From Podarcis gaigeae (Eukaryota): 64,000 bases of DNA. The notes under the pieces were generated by a model. The model was not told the origin of the DNA. It was given only the letters and a program-made list of their open reading frames with translations, and made no database searches. A program made the position numbers and the translations under genes. The stretch lies in assembly GCA_964106915.2 (NCBI GenBank), contig OZ066917.1, one strand, 5' to 3'. Each line of letters starts with the position of its first letter. Position 1 is the first letter of the stretch. Below are positions 36,401 through 49,397 of this stretch, piece by piece.

Positions 36401-38586
36401 CCTCTGTGTTAAAAAAACAGCAATGAAAAACACCCATATATTCCATTTCAAATGATTTCACATTTGCCGTCATTTCTCATTAGCAGTTTTCAAAATTATA
36501 TCTGAAACAAGCTGATACAGAGAAATTAAGAACAGTAATCATGCGAGAAATGATAGACCCAGCTGGGCAGACATCAAGTTGGCAAAACGTGAATACAGTT
36601 CAGTAGCTGAAACAGATGCTAGAGTTGTTGAAAGACCCTGCAGGAGATATACATGAATTTCCTCTTTATAATAATAATACACAAGTGAGCACACAGCAAG
36701 AACTAAAAAGGGGAGGATGAAACCCTGTTGGCAAAGCAAACTACAAAAACAGAATCTGCAATACTATTTGCTATTTCAGAATGTTCAAAATATGCAGCTT
36801 CATTTCCTCAAGCTCTATGTATATGCCAGCATTTCAAAGTCAAAGACCATGCAACTAAACCATATGAAACAATTGAGGTTTCTGGGTTGCTTCTTTCCCC
36901 TTACCTGGGCTTCCCCAGACTTCGAAAACACTTTGTTCCCTAACCTTACCCTTTCATAACAATATCTTTCAGGCAAGTGGCTCCCTGAGGTGAGAAGCAA
37001 GCACAAAAGACGTAATGCAAGCAGAAATGCAATTCAAAAATCCATTTTGCAGAAGCAACACTGTTTTCAGAGAGTTTCAAGACCTGAGCAACAAATCCTC
37101 TGCCATTATCAACAGAGGCTCATTCTAACATATGCTTTGTCATGGTCAGTTTCTAATGACATTCACGACAATGCAAAGGCTTTGATCATCCTACCTTCCA
37201 TGCCAGCTGCTTTTCTCGTCACTCCATCATGCCAATAAGTTGGCTGCGGTAACAAATCAAGATAGTGCAAAACAGCATCTTTCCCCTGCATCTGTCATCT
37301 TCCTGAAAGCATTCTATTGCTGCCGACTGCTGGGAACTAGAAAGTCTATTTGAATTCCAATAGCTTCCCTTTCGCATGATTCAAGTTAGGTTAGGTGGGC
37401 ATGCCTAACATGATTCTCTCCATCATTTATTATGCAGCTGCTACACTGCTGGTGTGGTAACCACTCTGACTTTATCTGATACGTCAGCCTGGCAAACCTA
37501 TACCTTAGTGCAAACACACAATGAGACACAGCAGCCTCCTGCATTTAATGAGCCTTCTTTCTGCCTCAGAGAGCAGTGCATCTGCAAATCTCTTCCAAAT
37601 CCTGGCATTCGTGTTCTCTCTTTCACTGATTATTAAAGCTTGCAGCTTTTCTTAAACCAGAATGCTTTTCCGGGGAGGAAGGAATAGCATTTCTCCCCCT
37701 TCTCTCCCCCCCCCCTCCCCACAGTCGTCTTCTGTTATTTGTACTTTAGTTAAATACTTACTAATTCCTATCAAATCACACCATCACTTCATTCAAACTT
37801 TCCTTGGGAAAGAGTCCTGAAATACAGTATCGGGGCACATTATTCATGTCCTTACTCATACTTCATTATCAACACGATATCCAAAGCAAAATTGCATTCA
37901 TATCTGTGAATCCTAATGAATAGCTCTCTAATGAGACAAGAGCACTCAATTCAAACCTAATAGATTTTCTATACCTGCAGGTGATTGCTTGCCCCTAACT
38001 GTTATTTATGCACTTGAAAAGGGAAGTAGTTTTTGTGGTTCTGTTAGTAGCATCTTATCTCTCAAATGATACCAGACACAGCTAAAATATCTGGTGAGTG
38101 ACAGGTTAGTGAGGCTAATTTAAAACAACGCCCCCCTTCAACTACACCATCAGTAAGTACTGCCTAAAGAATATTAATAGCCACATGAATTTTTAAAGAA
38201 ACAGCTAGTTTCCTTTATTAATAGCTGACATGAAGAATATGGGTAGACAAACATACAACTTTTTTTTTAATCTTGTAGATAGGGCGGGAGATATATAGAA
38301 GGTACATAATGTTGAAGTAAATACATCACTTTGCCCCTTATACCCAAGATTCCCCTACTACAAATCTGATTGGTAGAATGAATAAATCTGATCAGATTGG
38401 TGGAAGAATACCAAAGCACACACATGCAAGTTCACATAACAAATACTGAACTTCAACGGGTTTTCACACAATTCTCCACATGGTGCAAATTGTGCATGAC
38501 AACCATGTACCAGCACTGTTCTTAACCCACGTTGACCCGCAAAATGATCCCATTTACAAAGGTTAGAATTCTATGCAAGTTTTAGT

Positions 38587-38695
38587 ACATAAGACCTTGC
38601 TAGATCAGACCAAAGACCCATATAGTCTAGCGTCCAAGTGGCCAAGCAGATATGTATGGCAAGCCCACAAGCGGGACAGTAGCACTATACTGCTT
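38587..38695 (-). mobile_element. CR1 3' UTR fragment
   Basis: ACATAAGA..TGCTAGATCAGACCAAAGACCCAT.TAGTC is the antisense of the tail seen at 41250-41309. Confidence 0.55.
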
Positions 38696-38831
38696 TCAAG
38701 TCTTAGTGAACTTAATGGGGCTTACTTCTGATGAAACATGTATAGGATTGCAAGTCCATTTTAAATAGCCAAAAGCATCCAGATTATCACAAGTCAGTGT
38801 CTATTATACCAGCTGTTTTAATTCAATTATA

Positions 38832-39208
38832 TCTTCTTCTTTGGCGATCACTCATAGCCGAGTACGATTGTCTTCCATAAACACGGTTTTAACAATGAGT
38901 CCGTAAGTGACTGTGGAGGCCAATTCTGGATCCACACGTCCTTCCACAATGGGGACATTGGTTTCCTGGCGGCAGGTGATCATGGTGTGGATTTTCCAAG
39001 TGTCCCTTCCTCTTAGCACATTTCTCCCTTGCATCCTGAGTTCAAGTGTCTTCAAAGCCTTTGGTAAAGGCTGTTCTCCAATTGGAGAGCTCGCAGGCAA
39101 GTGTTTCCCAATTGTTGGTGTTTATACTACATTTTTAAAAATTTGCCTTGAGACAGTCTTTAAACCTCTTTTGTTGACCACCAGCATTACACTTTCCATT
39201 TTTAAGTT
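38832..39208 (-). mobile_element. RTE-clade LINE 3' end
   Basis: Minus strand encodes GGQQKRFKDCLK...NWETLA...WRT and a terminal CPHCGRTCGSRIGLHSHLRTHC*; (GAA)n tail. Confidence 0.85.
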
Positions 39209-40459
39209 TATAATAATTTTTAAGTTTATAATAGTGTAGTTAAATTATGTAAACCAAATTAATCCTCGTTTATTTTTCAAGCCTACGGCTTCAGGAAAGG
39301 TTTGAGATTAGAACAGTTTCTTGGAAGACAAATCTATTGCAGCCTGAAGTCTAATAAAGCTTTGATGAAAACTAAATAAATAATAATAGAAATTAAATAT
39401 TACATATGTAGAAGTGGCTGGGAAATCCAATTCCTTTTCATAAAATTTTCTGATTCCCTTATTCAGTCCTCTACATGAGTTCTTTTGCCATCACAGTTCA
39501 GATTTTCATTGAGTCCCTCCACTCAGCCACACAGTTGCTCACCATTCAGCAAACAATGCACCAGTGTCAAACCACCACAGAACCTGCTTCACTACAGGCT
39601 GGTTTGGCCTGTATATCTTTACTTGTCAGAGATCAGGGATAATACACCCAAATGAGTCATGATATCTAGTGAAGCAGAGGGGTGCTCTGTAGGAGTGCTT
39701 AATATTCTCAGACAACTTTGTTCCAGTGAGGAGAATTAGTCTCATGTGAATTTTACAAGGGAAAGCATGAAGCATGGTAATCTGGAGGTGAAAATGCCTC
39801 CCCCCCCATTCATTCCACTTCCCCATGTAAGATTAGCACAACTCTACAGCCTAAAATCTGTATCTTGGCAATCAGCTGCTTTCTGGGTGAGCAATGATGT
39901 CATTTTCCTCTTAAAAATCAAATTAGCAGAGACAATAAGATTGGCTTAATGGAACAAGATGGAAAATTTATTAGATGCTATAGATATGGCACCATGGAAT
40001 AACATGTCCTTTTAGAGATTTTATGTAAATAAGTTAGAATTAGACTTACTGCATCTGCTCCTCAGTCTGTAGCTGCACATATCAACAAGCTAATTCTGTA
40101 TTCAAGGCAACATAGGTTGCCCTATCATATAGTTGCAAAGTGTGTAGCTATAAAGTGGCTATCTAAAAAAAACTGCTGTCAGCTCCTTTTTTTGTTGTCG
40201 GTTCAAGTCATTTCTGAACTGAAAAGAGACAATAAAAGGAAGACTGACTTTGAAGGCCCCATAAATTTAGAATACATAAAAAATATTTTCTTGGTATCTG
40301 CATTTCAATTGTTAAAACATCCAGACAGTAACAAAGAATTGATGTTATTTCACAAAGGTTATAACTCACAGGCACTAGTGACTTGGGAATTCTTGGACTG
40401 TGGTGGGGGGCTATATTTACTGTAGCCCATTCAACAGATGAGTAATTTAATAAATAAAA

Positions 40460-40660
40460 TAGCATTGGGGGGGGGCTAATGGTTTGTTTTTGCTTTTGTT
40501 TTATGATGTATTTTGTGTTCTCATTTTGTATTTTTATGTTGTGAACCACCCTATGATCTTCAGATGAAGGGCGGTATACAAATTTAATACAATAAATAAT
40601 GATAAAACAATAAAATGAATGAATGAATGAATAAACAAACAATCAATGAAACAATAAATA
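40460..40660 (+). mobile_element. L2 LINE 3' UTR with (AATG)n/(AAT)n tail
   Basis: TTGTGAACCACCCTATGATCTTCAGATGAAGGGCGGTATACAAAT stem-loop followed by a simple-repeat tail. Confidence 0.7.
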
Positions 40661-41009
40661 TGTTAGTTTTAATTTTCTGGAGAGAAGTGGTATGAAGTAC
40701 AGGAAGCATATGGGTAACCAGGAATAGGAAGGAAAGTGGGGCTGTGAGCACCTGCACCACCAAAAGAAGAATCACTAATTCATTTCCTATTTATTACACA
40801 GAGATCTTTATTAAGATTATGAATGCACTTACTTTCTGCACTATATTAAATTATGCTAAGGGTTTTTTTTCCCCCTATAAATGAAGCTCACAGTAGAGTT
40901 TTAAAAAACATTGTTCATGTGGTGCATTCTAAACTATGATATAACAATAAAAATTTACCAAGAGCTCTCCCCTTCCGTCCCTTATATGAAAGTTGCATGA
41001 AGCTACTGG

Positions 41010-41309
41010 ATCAACACATAGTTAAACACTGGAGGCAGAAATGGCCACCAACCGAGACGGCTTTAAAAGAGCATTACACAAATTCATGGAGAGTTATTGA
41101 TGACTGCAAACCATGATGATTCTCTTCTGCCACCACAGTTGAAGGCAATAATGCTTCTGAATACCAGTTGCTGGTAACCACAAGAGGGAAGAGAGCTCCT
41201 ATGCTTGAATTCTGCTTGCAGGTTTCCCATTTGGCATCTGGTTGGCCACTGTGAGAACAGGATGCCAGATGGGCCATTGGCCTGATCCAGCAGGCTACTC
41301 TTATGTTCT
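41010..41309 (+). mobile_element. CR1 LINE 3' end
   Basis: ATGGCCACCAA..GACGGCTTTAAAAGAGCATTACACAAATTCATGGAG (end of ORF2) and 3' UTR ...GGCCTGATCCAGCAGGCTACTCTTATGTTCT. Confidence 0.8.
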
Positions 41310-41639
41310 GAACTGTTTTCTTGCAACTCTTGTGAGTGGCAATGGTTTCCCAAGCTCTTGGGCAAGGACTCTTCTCCAAATTTTCTTTCTGGGTGTGTTT
41401 GTATTTTAACTGCTGTTCCTAGAGATTGACCCTCAAACTTTATGCACATTCATCTAAGATTCATCAAAGTCTGTGCTCCGCCAGTGAACTACTGCACCTC
41501 CCGAAAGGTGAGCTTCTTTTTCCTCTGGAGCATGTGCTTATCTGGCTATTGAAACCAGGAAATCTAAAGCTAGAATTTTCTTGCTCTAGACTTTTAGACA
41601 GTTGTTGGGAAACGCACCATTGTAATAGCCACACACACA

Positions 41640-41889
41640 TAAATGGCTTTGAACTGATATCACTTCCAGCTAGTCCCTCCCAAAAAGGTGGCCGGTCCAG
41701 AGGTGTTCTTGCAATCGCCATATCGCTTAAAATGAGCGCTAAACTCTCGCTAGTTCAGACTTTTCCTCCTTTTGTCTTTACAGGTCTGATTTCAAGCGAA
41801 AAATTCTCACTATTAATCACCAATGTTTATCTTCCTCCAGGTGGTCTTATATCGGACCTCCATTATAGATGGGATTCTCTGGAAGAGAA
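41640..41889 (+). mobile_element. Internal APE-endonuclease fragment of a LINE (RTE-X-like), flanked by a 47-bp direct repeat
   Basis: Open frame INGFELISLPASPSQKGGRSRGVLAIAIS...LLITNVYLPP...WDSLEE with APE-like GR..G and NVY.PP motifs. Identical 47-mers at 41593-41639 and 41890-41936. Confidence 0.7.
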
Positions 41890-42538
41890 TTTAGACAGTT
41901 GTTGGGAAACGCACCATTGTAATAGCCACACACACACACAGGCAGTGTATAATTTATTTATAGCTGATGCTTCATTCGGCATGCTGATTATAAATAAAAA
42001 TTTGATTTATTTAGTCTTCTATCCTTGCATGGAAAAACTTTTCTTGATCATAAATAATGGTTATAAATAAAATAGAAGTGAAATTAGATTACCGTTGAAT
42101 ATTAAAACAAATTTGGCTAGTATGGGCTAATGAAATTCAGATGATAAATTTATTGAGAGCATTTTAAAAAAGCCAAACTTGAAATTACTCTCAAAATTCT
42201 TAAAATTGGTGAAAAATTCTAAAATTAATTTGGAAAAAACCAGGTTGATTCTTTAGAGAAGTAGTTCTAAAATAGCCTAGCTTAGATGCAACAAACATTA
42301 TTATGAGTTCAATCCTTAGATTTGCTTGTTTCCTTCTTCCCTCTTTTAGATACAAGAGGAAAAGATTGAAAGTTTCAGTTTCCTATTACATTCAAGAAAC
42401 TGTGGTTTAGTCTAAATGTGATCAGTTAAGACAAAACATGCTCAAACCAACCACATATTAACCAGCCACAGTTAGAATAAATCACAGCATCCTATGTTTG
42501 GAGATACAGTAATGGAAACTGATTTATTTAATAGAGAT

Positions 42539-43021
42539 CAGAGACATCACCTTGCCAACAAAGGTCCGTATAGTTAAAGCTATGGTTTTTCCAGTAGTGA
42601 TGTATGGAAGTGAGAGCTGGACCATAAAGAAGGCTGATCGCCGAAGAATTGATGCTTTTGAATTATGGGGCTGGAGGAGACTCTTGAGAGTCCCACGGAC
42701 TGCAAGAAGATCAAACCTCTCCATTCTTAAGGAAATCAGCCCTGAGTGCTCACTGGAAGGACAGATCGTGAAGCTGAGGCTCCAATACTTTGGCCACCTC
42801 ATGAGAAGAGAAGACTCCCTGGAAAAGACCCTGATGTTGGGAAAGATGGAGGGCACAAGGAGAAGGGGAAGACAGAGGACAAGATGGTTGGACAGTGTTC
42901 TTGAAGCTACCAGCATGAGTTTGGCCAAACTGTGGGAGGCAGTGGAAGACAGAAGTGCCTGGCGTGCTATGGTCAATGGGGTCACGAAGAGTCGGACACG
43001 ACTAAACGACTAAACAACAAA
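42539..43021 (+). mobile_element. BovB (RTE) LINE, 5'-truncated 3' end
   Basis: ORF TKVRIVKAMVFPVVMYGSESWTIKKA...LEKTLMLGKMEGTRRRGRQRTRWLD...GVTKSRTRLND* is the BovB C-terminus; (CAA)n tail. Confidence 0.95.
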
Positions 43022-43779
43022 ACACTTTCCATCTCTTCTGGAATTCTTTATTACTAGCTGCTGTCTTCTGGTTCTTCCTCTTCTAGATGTTCTTCAGGCC
43101 TGGGTCTTCTTCTCTGTCTCAGCCTTGTGCTTTTGAACACTATGCTTTCTGTTGCCTATCTCTTCCTGTTTTCTTTAACTTTCTGCCTTCCGTCCTCAGG
43201 CCCTTCTCTCCATGACCCCAGCTCCAAAAGGCTCTTAAAATAACTTCTTCTAGTTTTCTAGTCTTTACTGACCAGTGGCCACCTTGCAGTTCCCCCTTCT
43301 ACTGACCTTTATTCAAGGATCAATAGGGGTTTTAAAAGCGATTCTCAGAACACCAATCAGATTAAACCTTTCTAATGCTCCTGATAAGTATAAATACCAG
43401 GGACATTCACTTTCAGTACTACTAGCTGCCAAAGGTGTTTCCTTCCTTAGCAACTGTAACCACGGCTTCTGCTAGCATTCAGGCCTTCATACAATATAAC
43501 CTTCGCAGAGTTCTGAGGTCTAATCAAATACAGTTTCACCTCATGTTTCATTTACCATAGGACAAAACTTAACTCATTCCTAGGTCTAACCCATATACCT
43601 TTATCTTCAGTACTCCTAAATAATACATTGTCTCCTCACACTGCTATGAAAACGTAGCAGTCATTATTCAGAGAGAATTCTGCAGTCACCTTTTTCTAGG
43701 AGTGTGTGTATGTGTGTGTGGGAAAACTATCTCAGAAATTTTATCAGAAAATGATCAATAAATTTTCAGTTTGTTATGG

Positions 43780-43781
<2 letters not shown>

Positions 43782-43832
<51 letters not shown>
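43782..43832. repeat. Compound microsatellite (CT)n(GT)n
   Basis: Direct reading of the sequence. Confidence 0.95.
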
Positions 43833-43834
43833 TA

Positions 43835-44045
43835 TGATTTTATATATTACCTTTATTTCCAAAGGAGTTCAGGGCAGTGTGAAAATGATAAAACAATGAA
43901 ACAACTTAAAAACATTTCCAATACAGATACAGATTGGGAAAGGATTGCTGGAAGAGGAAGATATTCAATAGGTGCTGAAAAGACAGCAGTCCATCTAATA
44001 TTCAAGGGGAGGGAATTCCAAAGGGTAGGTACCACCACACCTATA
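43835..44045 (-). mobile_element. L2 LINE 3' fragment
   Basis: Minus strand encodes VVVPTLWNSLPLNIR, the L2 ORF2 C-terminal motif. Confidence 0.7.
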
Positions 44046-44779
44046 TCAGAATGTACCACTTCACACTGCTAAATAGTACAAAAGAAGAGCTAAACATATA
44101 ACTTTTTCTAACCTTTAAGGGCATTTGATAAAGCAGGTACTCAGCAAAAATACTTTTGAAGATCTTTTCTTTTAACTTTGACAATACTCTAACCAATGGA
44201 GCCGATAATGTGGACTGCCTTTCCTCACTTGAGATAACACTGGCCAGCAGAGTCAGAATTTAAATGGTTTTTGTACCTATAATCCAATCAATTCTTATTC
44301 ATTCATTCACTCACTCAGTGATCTCACTTCTGAAAGCAGTACATATGGTAATATTTTGTAGAAGGCACAGCAGCAAGATACAATTCCATCTGCAGGAGGA
44401 AATCCCATTAACCAAATTCCTATAAATCCTATCTATTGAGGATGAGTATTATGTTCTTTTTCAATCAACTAAGACCACATTACATGCCACTGTTTGTTTG
44501 GTTTTATTTTTTAATCCACACACATGCATATTTGTTCTTTGTTCCTTGTCTCCGTAGAATCAAAGCCTCACAATAAACATGAATCCCATCTATTTTAGTG
44601 GTAGTACACTCATAAAATATTTCTAGGATACTTTTTTTTGGGGGGGGGGGTGTTGTTATGTACCAAAACAGTTTGGCACCTCTAGTGTTGATGGTAATTA
44701 TGTAAAGTTTATGTCAGATACATGTGACTTGAGATAGCAGGGGCTATATTCCCAGTTCATGGCACATAATCATTTAATT

Positions 44780-44960
44780 GCTATTTATTATTGACTTGAA
44801 AGACCTCAAGGTGCTGTACATGGTTATCTCCACGTTATCCTTACAAAAAGCCTTTTTCTGTGAAGAATGTTAGGCTGAGGCATCTAGTGAAATTCATGGC
44901 AGGGTGGAGATTTGAACCTTGGTTTCCCCAGCATCCCACTCCAAGCACTGCACCAGACTG
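44780..44960 (-). mobile_element. Ancient MIR-like SINE
   Basis: TTATCCTTACAAAAAGCC..TTAGGCTGAG..TTCATGGCAGGGTGGAGATTTGAACC pattern of antisense amniote MIR-type SINEs. Confidence 0.55.
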
Positions 44961-47049
44961 ACCAGTCATTCATGTGGATCCAGTAGCTCAGTAATTTAGG
45001 GACCCCAGTGTGCACCCCCATTATACAGGATGGAGCTATCCTGGACACTGTAGTCAATAAAGAAGCTTTTACATGTGCAGGAGCTCCATACGTGCAAAGA
45101 GGATCACACCAAACTCTGCACTGGAAATAAATATATTGGATCTATAAATATATTGGTGCCTACTAGTATCATGCCAGGCATTGATATCACACTGAGTCAG
45201 AGTGAAAAAAAACATGTCATCATCCTACAGCATCTGTTTATTCTTGGCAGCCTTCAGTTTGAGTACAGACCAGACCCTTGTCCATTTACACAAAATGATG
45301 TGCTGGCACACTAAGAGAGCATGTGACTGAAATCAGATACAGAGAGTCTGAAAGCCTTGATTCCACATTTAGACTTTACTTTCAGCTGACATTTTGCTAG
45401 CTGACAATGTGAGAAAAAGATGATATTCAAGAGATTTTTAAAACACCCATTTCTCTTTTCTCTCCCAGTGCTGAAAAGGCTTTTGAGAACCAAGACTGTT
45501 GAGCTCAGTTAATTTTTGCAGCATATGATATAAAATGAAATAAACCATCCTTCAAAAAACTGAGTGGGTTCTTGAGTGTTTACATGACAGAGTAGATTAG
45601 GAAAGAAGTCTTCAAGTCACTTTGACCTCTGATTTGCTTCACATTTCACCATGACCACTTTCACCACACATTTCTTTTGCACATTCAAGGAGTGATTCAG
45701 ATGTTGGCATTCAAAGTCGGCTAACACTGGCAAGATCAGGTTTCTTTTGTTTCTCTTCCATCTGTAGATATAGCCCTCTTGCAAACAGCAACACACTGCT
45801 CTTTTCAGAGGCTGGCTGCCTCTCCTTCTCCTCCCCCTGCCACCCACCACCCTGCCTCTTGACAGCCCTGGATTACTCCAGGTAGATTGACCCAACCAGG
45901 AATAATTTGAGGCTCAACCTGATTTCAACAAGCCTCAGATCTGCCTGATTCAGTTCAGTATTCAGCCAAATCCAGTTCACAGCTGTTCTCAGTTTGTTTT
46001 TATTATTATGGATCTTGTACATTTCTGCATTTTGATCCTCTAAATTAACTGGTTAGTGGTGGTGTCAGATTGAATGGAGGAAAAGAACCACACCCAGGAA
46101 ATTTTCTGTCAAGCTGCACTCACTGGGGTGGATGACAAGCAGTGAAATAACAAAGAACATGGTGAATGAAAAAAATGGTGTGAGGCACCCTATGCGTCAC
46201 TGCATTCAATAAGCTTACTATAATAGCCAAAGGCCATGACAATTACATTATAATATGCTTAAGTACAAACACAATAATAACATGAACAAATATCAATAAT
46301 GTAAAAGGGGAAAAAAAATCAGAAGTACCATCAGCTAACTCAACTTCTGATGTAAGCTCAGAATCTCCAAAACAATTTACAGCAATATTATCTAACTCTT
46401 GGCTCTGAATGACTTATTTGCAAGATAGCACCCTCATCTGGATACAGTTTAAGCATTTAGTGTGGAATTTCCATGCTTCATTCGCTCAATTTTTAAACAG
46501 CATCCACGTGATGCCCTGGTGCCATGACATTGCCCTGTATTTTTCCTGTCAGTCTTCCATCTTTCCTTAGCACATAGGCAGACCAGCTTTCTATAAAATA
46601 GCAGCACTAAAATAGTAATGAAAAAACAAACAGGGGTTTTTTTTAGGGGGGGATCATTTTAAACATTAAAAGGTGTTATAGCACTATAAACACAGTTTCA
46701 CTTCTTTTTTTAAAAAGAATTATAGCTAGAAAAGCATTCTGATGCTAATTAAAATGCTGATTAAGAAAATTAACCAGATGATAACATGACAACAACTGCA
46801 AAGATTATATTGAGCGTGAGCTTCAAATGGCCACACAGGTAAACTAGACTTCCCTGATTCATGAAAGCTGCATCACTGATAGACAAAAGGTGCAATATCC
46901 AAAATATTGTGGAGAATCAACTGCAATCCCTGCTGTAAGCTACATGTGGAAGAGCAATGGTTGTTAGTCTGAGGAGTCACCCATCTGGAGGTAGTCAGTT
47001 GTGGTTATCTGGTTTCTGAAATTATTAGAGAAGTAAAAACACAGCACAT

Positions 47050-47663
47050 AAATCTATGGTATGGCTGTATTTGGAATATTGTGTATATCTTTGGTATCTA
47101 CATCTTAGTAAGGACATTGTAGAGTTAAAATAAGAGAAATTGATTCAGAAAAGGGTAATTATCAAGGTATTTGAGCAATTTCTCTGAAAGGAAAGGAGAT
47201 GGTAAAATATTCAGAACTTCTTAGTTAGAAAAAAAAAATGACAGGGAAATGACAGACCCTTATAACATTATGCATTATTTGCAAAAAGTGGACACTGGTG
47301 CATTTTCTCCTCTCTGGCAAAAGTAGAACTCCAGGTCACTCAATTTTATTGATGGACAGTACATAAAAGTACTGTCCGGTACAGATCAAGAAGCATTTCT
47401 CCATACAACATATCATTCAGTTATGAAATTCACTGCTATTGCCACATGCTTTTTATAGCTAATAGGTCTATCAATGACAGTTCAGTGGACACTCTATATT
47501 TGAAAGCACTATTTCTTTCAGTATAAGTTGCTGAGGAGGTAAACAGCTAGGGATGACCTTAATGCCTTACCTGTAGGTTTAGTGAAAACATTGGGCTATC
47601 GCTTGAAAACAGGATGTTGGTGGATCTTTGGTTTGATCCAGAAAGGTTCTATATGTTCTCATG
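47050..47663 (+). mobile_element. Old CR1 LINE 3' region
   Basis: Decayed KSMV..YLEYCV..W..HLSKDIVEL motif at the start, and a CR1 3' UTR ending TTTGATCCAGAAAGGTTCTATATGTTCTCATG. Confidence 0.65.
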
Positions 47664-48099
47664 AATACACAGGTAAAGAAGAAAACAATGTTTACTGAAT
47701 AATCAATTAAAGTGAGCTAGGAGACAAATTGCAATGCCTTGTAATGTCTTGTTCCTATATATGGGTGGTAGGTGTTTCCAGGTGGGAGGCTCTCATCACT
47801 ACCCACCTCATTGCTGTAAGCCAAATTGCAATTGCTTTTCTACAGGGCAGGGGAAATTCAGGGTCACATCCTTTTTAGAGCAGACCACACCATCTCCCAA
47901 ATGTGTGGACAGTGAAGGACGGGGTGTGAAGGATGGTGGAGCAGTACTCCCCCCCTCCACATGATAGTAATCTCATGGGTTACCCCACCAAATTAGGGCT
48001 TATAGTGGGTTGCTGATTTGTGTGGATGGGGGGGGGGGAGGATCCCCTTAAGTCCCTGGTTTGTCTCTTCTCAGGAAGCCTATCTACACTTCGAGGTAC

Positions 48100-48597
48100 T
48101 AGGCAACATTAGGAACTTCTTGACAGGGCAGAGTGGAGGAGGAAGATTGTCCATTGCAGGAGATGAACCCCTGGAGGAAGGTGACACACAGAAGCCATGT
48201 TGTGTCACTGGAGCTGTAAGATTGATTCCAATCTCTCATTTGAATACTGATTCTGGCCCAGAGGTGCAAGGACAGCAGTCACAGATCTCAGAATACACCA
48301 AGGTGGCTGTGGAAGCTACAGAGACTCGCAAACCTGAGAGAGCTCCTGAGGGGAAGGGAGACAATATTACAAAGGACAACGGAACACCTGGTACTGGGGG
48401 TAACAGCTTCATTGATGCACAGGAAACTGAGGTTGTGCTATGGAAACCTGCTAAAGGGCAGACAAAAATAAGAAGGAAATAGCTGGAGGGAATGACTTGT
48501 GGTTTCAGTTGTCTCTATACTAATGCACAGAGTATGGGAAAGAAGCAAGACAAAATTAAGTTTAAATACAGGGTGGAAAATATGACCTACTGGCACT
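48100..48597 (+). mobile_element. CR1 ORF1/ORF2 junction fragment (start of the endonuclease)
   Basis: CLYTNAQSMGKKQD...YDLL from 48510 is the canonical start of the CR1 APE domain. The 5' boundary is uncertain. Confidence 0.65.
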
Positions 48598-49032
48598 CTT
48601 CACCAGGCAGAAGCTCTTGTACAGATGGGCAAGGTAGGATCAGGCAAGAAACTCAAGTGGGGACTTCTTAAGAGGCCTCAGGGTTTGGTTTTAAGCTTTG
48701 ATTTTAAGATGTTATAAGAGCTATGGGAGGCAACAGTAGCCACCATTGACCTAGGCTGCCTTGTAACTGTCTCCTATACATTTATTAAATAGCAGTAGGG
48801 TTGCAGTCAGTCATGCTTAGGTTTCCAAGATCTGTATGCCAGCTTCTTAGGTTTGTGTTCTGTAAAGAAAGATGCATTCACTTGCACCTTGCATATGGAC
48901 TACCACATGGACAGCAGGGCTCCTTGTCCTGCCCAGTTAGTGTCTGTGTGTCCAGAACAGATGACTGCATGAACACCTAAGCATTCAACTGAAGATGCAC
49001 ATGCTAGATACACAGATGTCAGAGATGACACC

Positions 49033-49397
49033 TGTAAAGTTAAAGGATCCCTGGATGGTTAAGTCCAGTCAAAGGTGACTATGGGGTGCGCCGCTCATCT
49101 CGCTTCAGGCCAAGGGAGCTGGTGTTTGTCCACAGACAGCTTTCTGAGTCATGTGGCCAACATGACTAAACCACTTCTGGCGCCACAAAACACCATGACG
49201 GAAGCCAGGGCGTACAGAAATAGGCACCACAGTGGTACCTATTTATCTACTTGCACTGGTTTACTTTCAAACTGCTAGGTTGGCTGAAGCTGGGACAGAG
49301 TAACAGGAGCACACCCCTCACATGGATTCAAACCTCCTTCTGACCAGCAAGCCCAAGAGGCTCAGTGGTTTAAACCACAGCACCACCCACTACCTGG
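49033..49397 (-). mobile_element. Sauria/Squam1-type SINE (older subfamily)
   Basis: Antisense of the 30766 family (GGTACCTATTTATCTACTTGCAC); 9-bp TSD GATGACACC (49024-49032, 49398-49406). Confidence 0.88.

Noticed and set aside
1228-37291. Joining all minus-strand candidate exons into one ORF
   Set aside because: A stop-free chain can be assembled, but short exons open in several frames make that easy by chance and the product resembles no protein I know. No gene symbol is assigned.
42524-42985. 153-aa antisense ORF
   Set aside because: It is simply the reverse strand of BovB coding sequence.
48018-48482. 154-aa ORF as a novel gene
   Set aside because: Non-ATG start, and it runs directly into the CR1 endonuclease start. 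Best explained as CR1-derived sequence.
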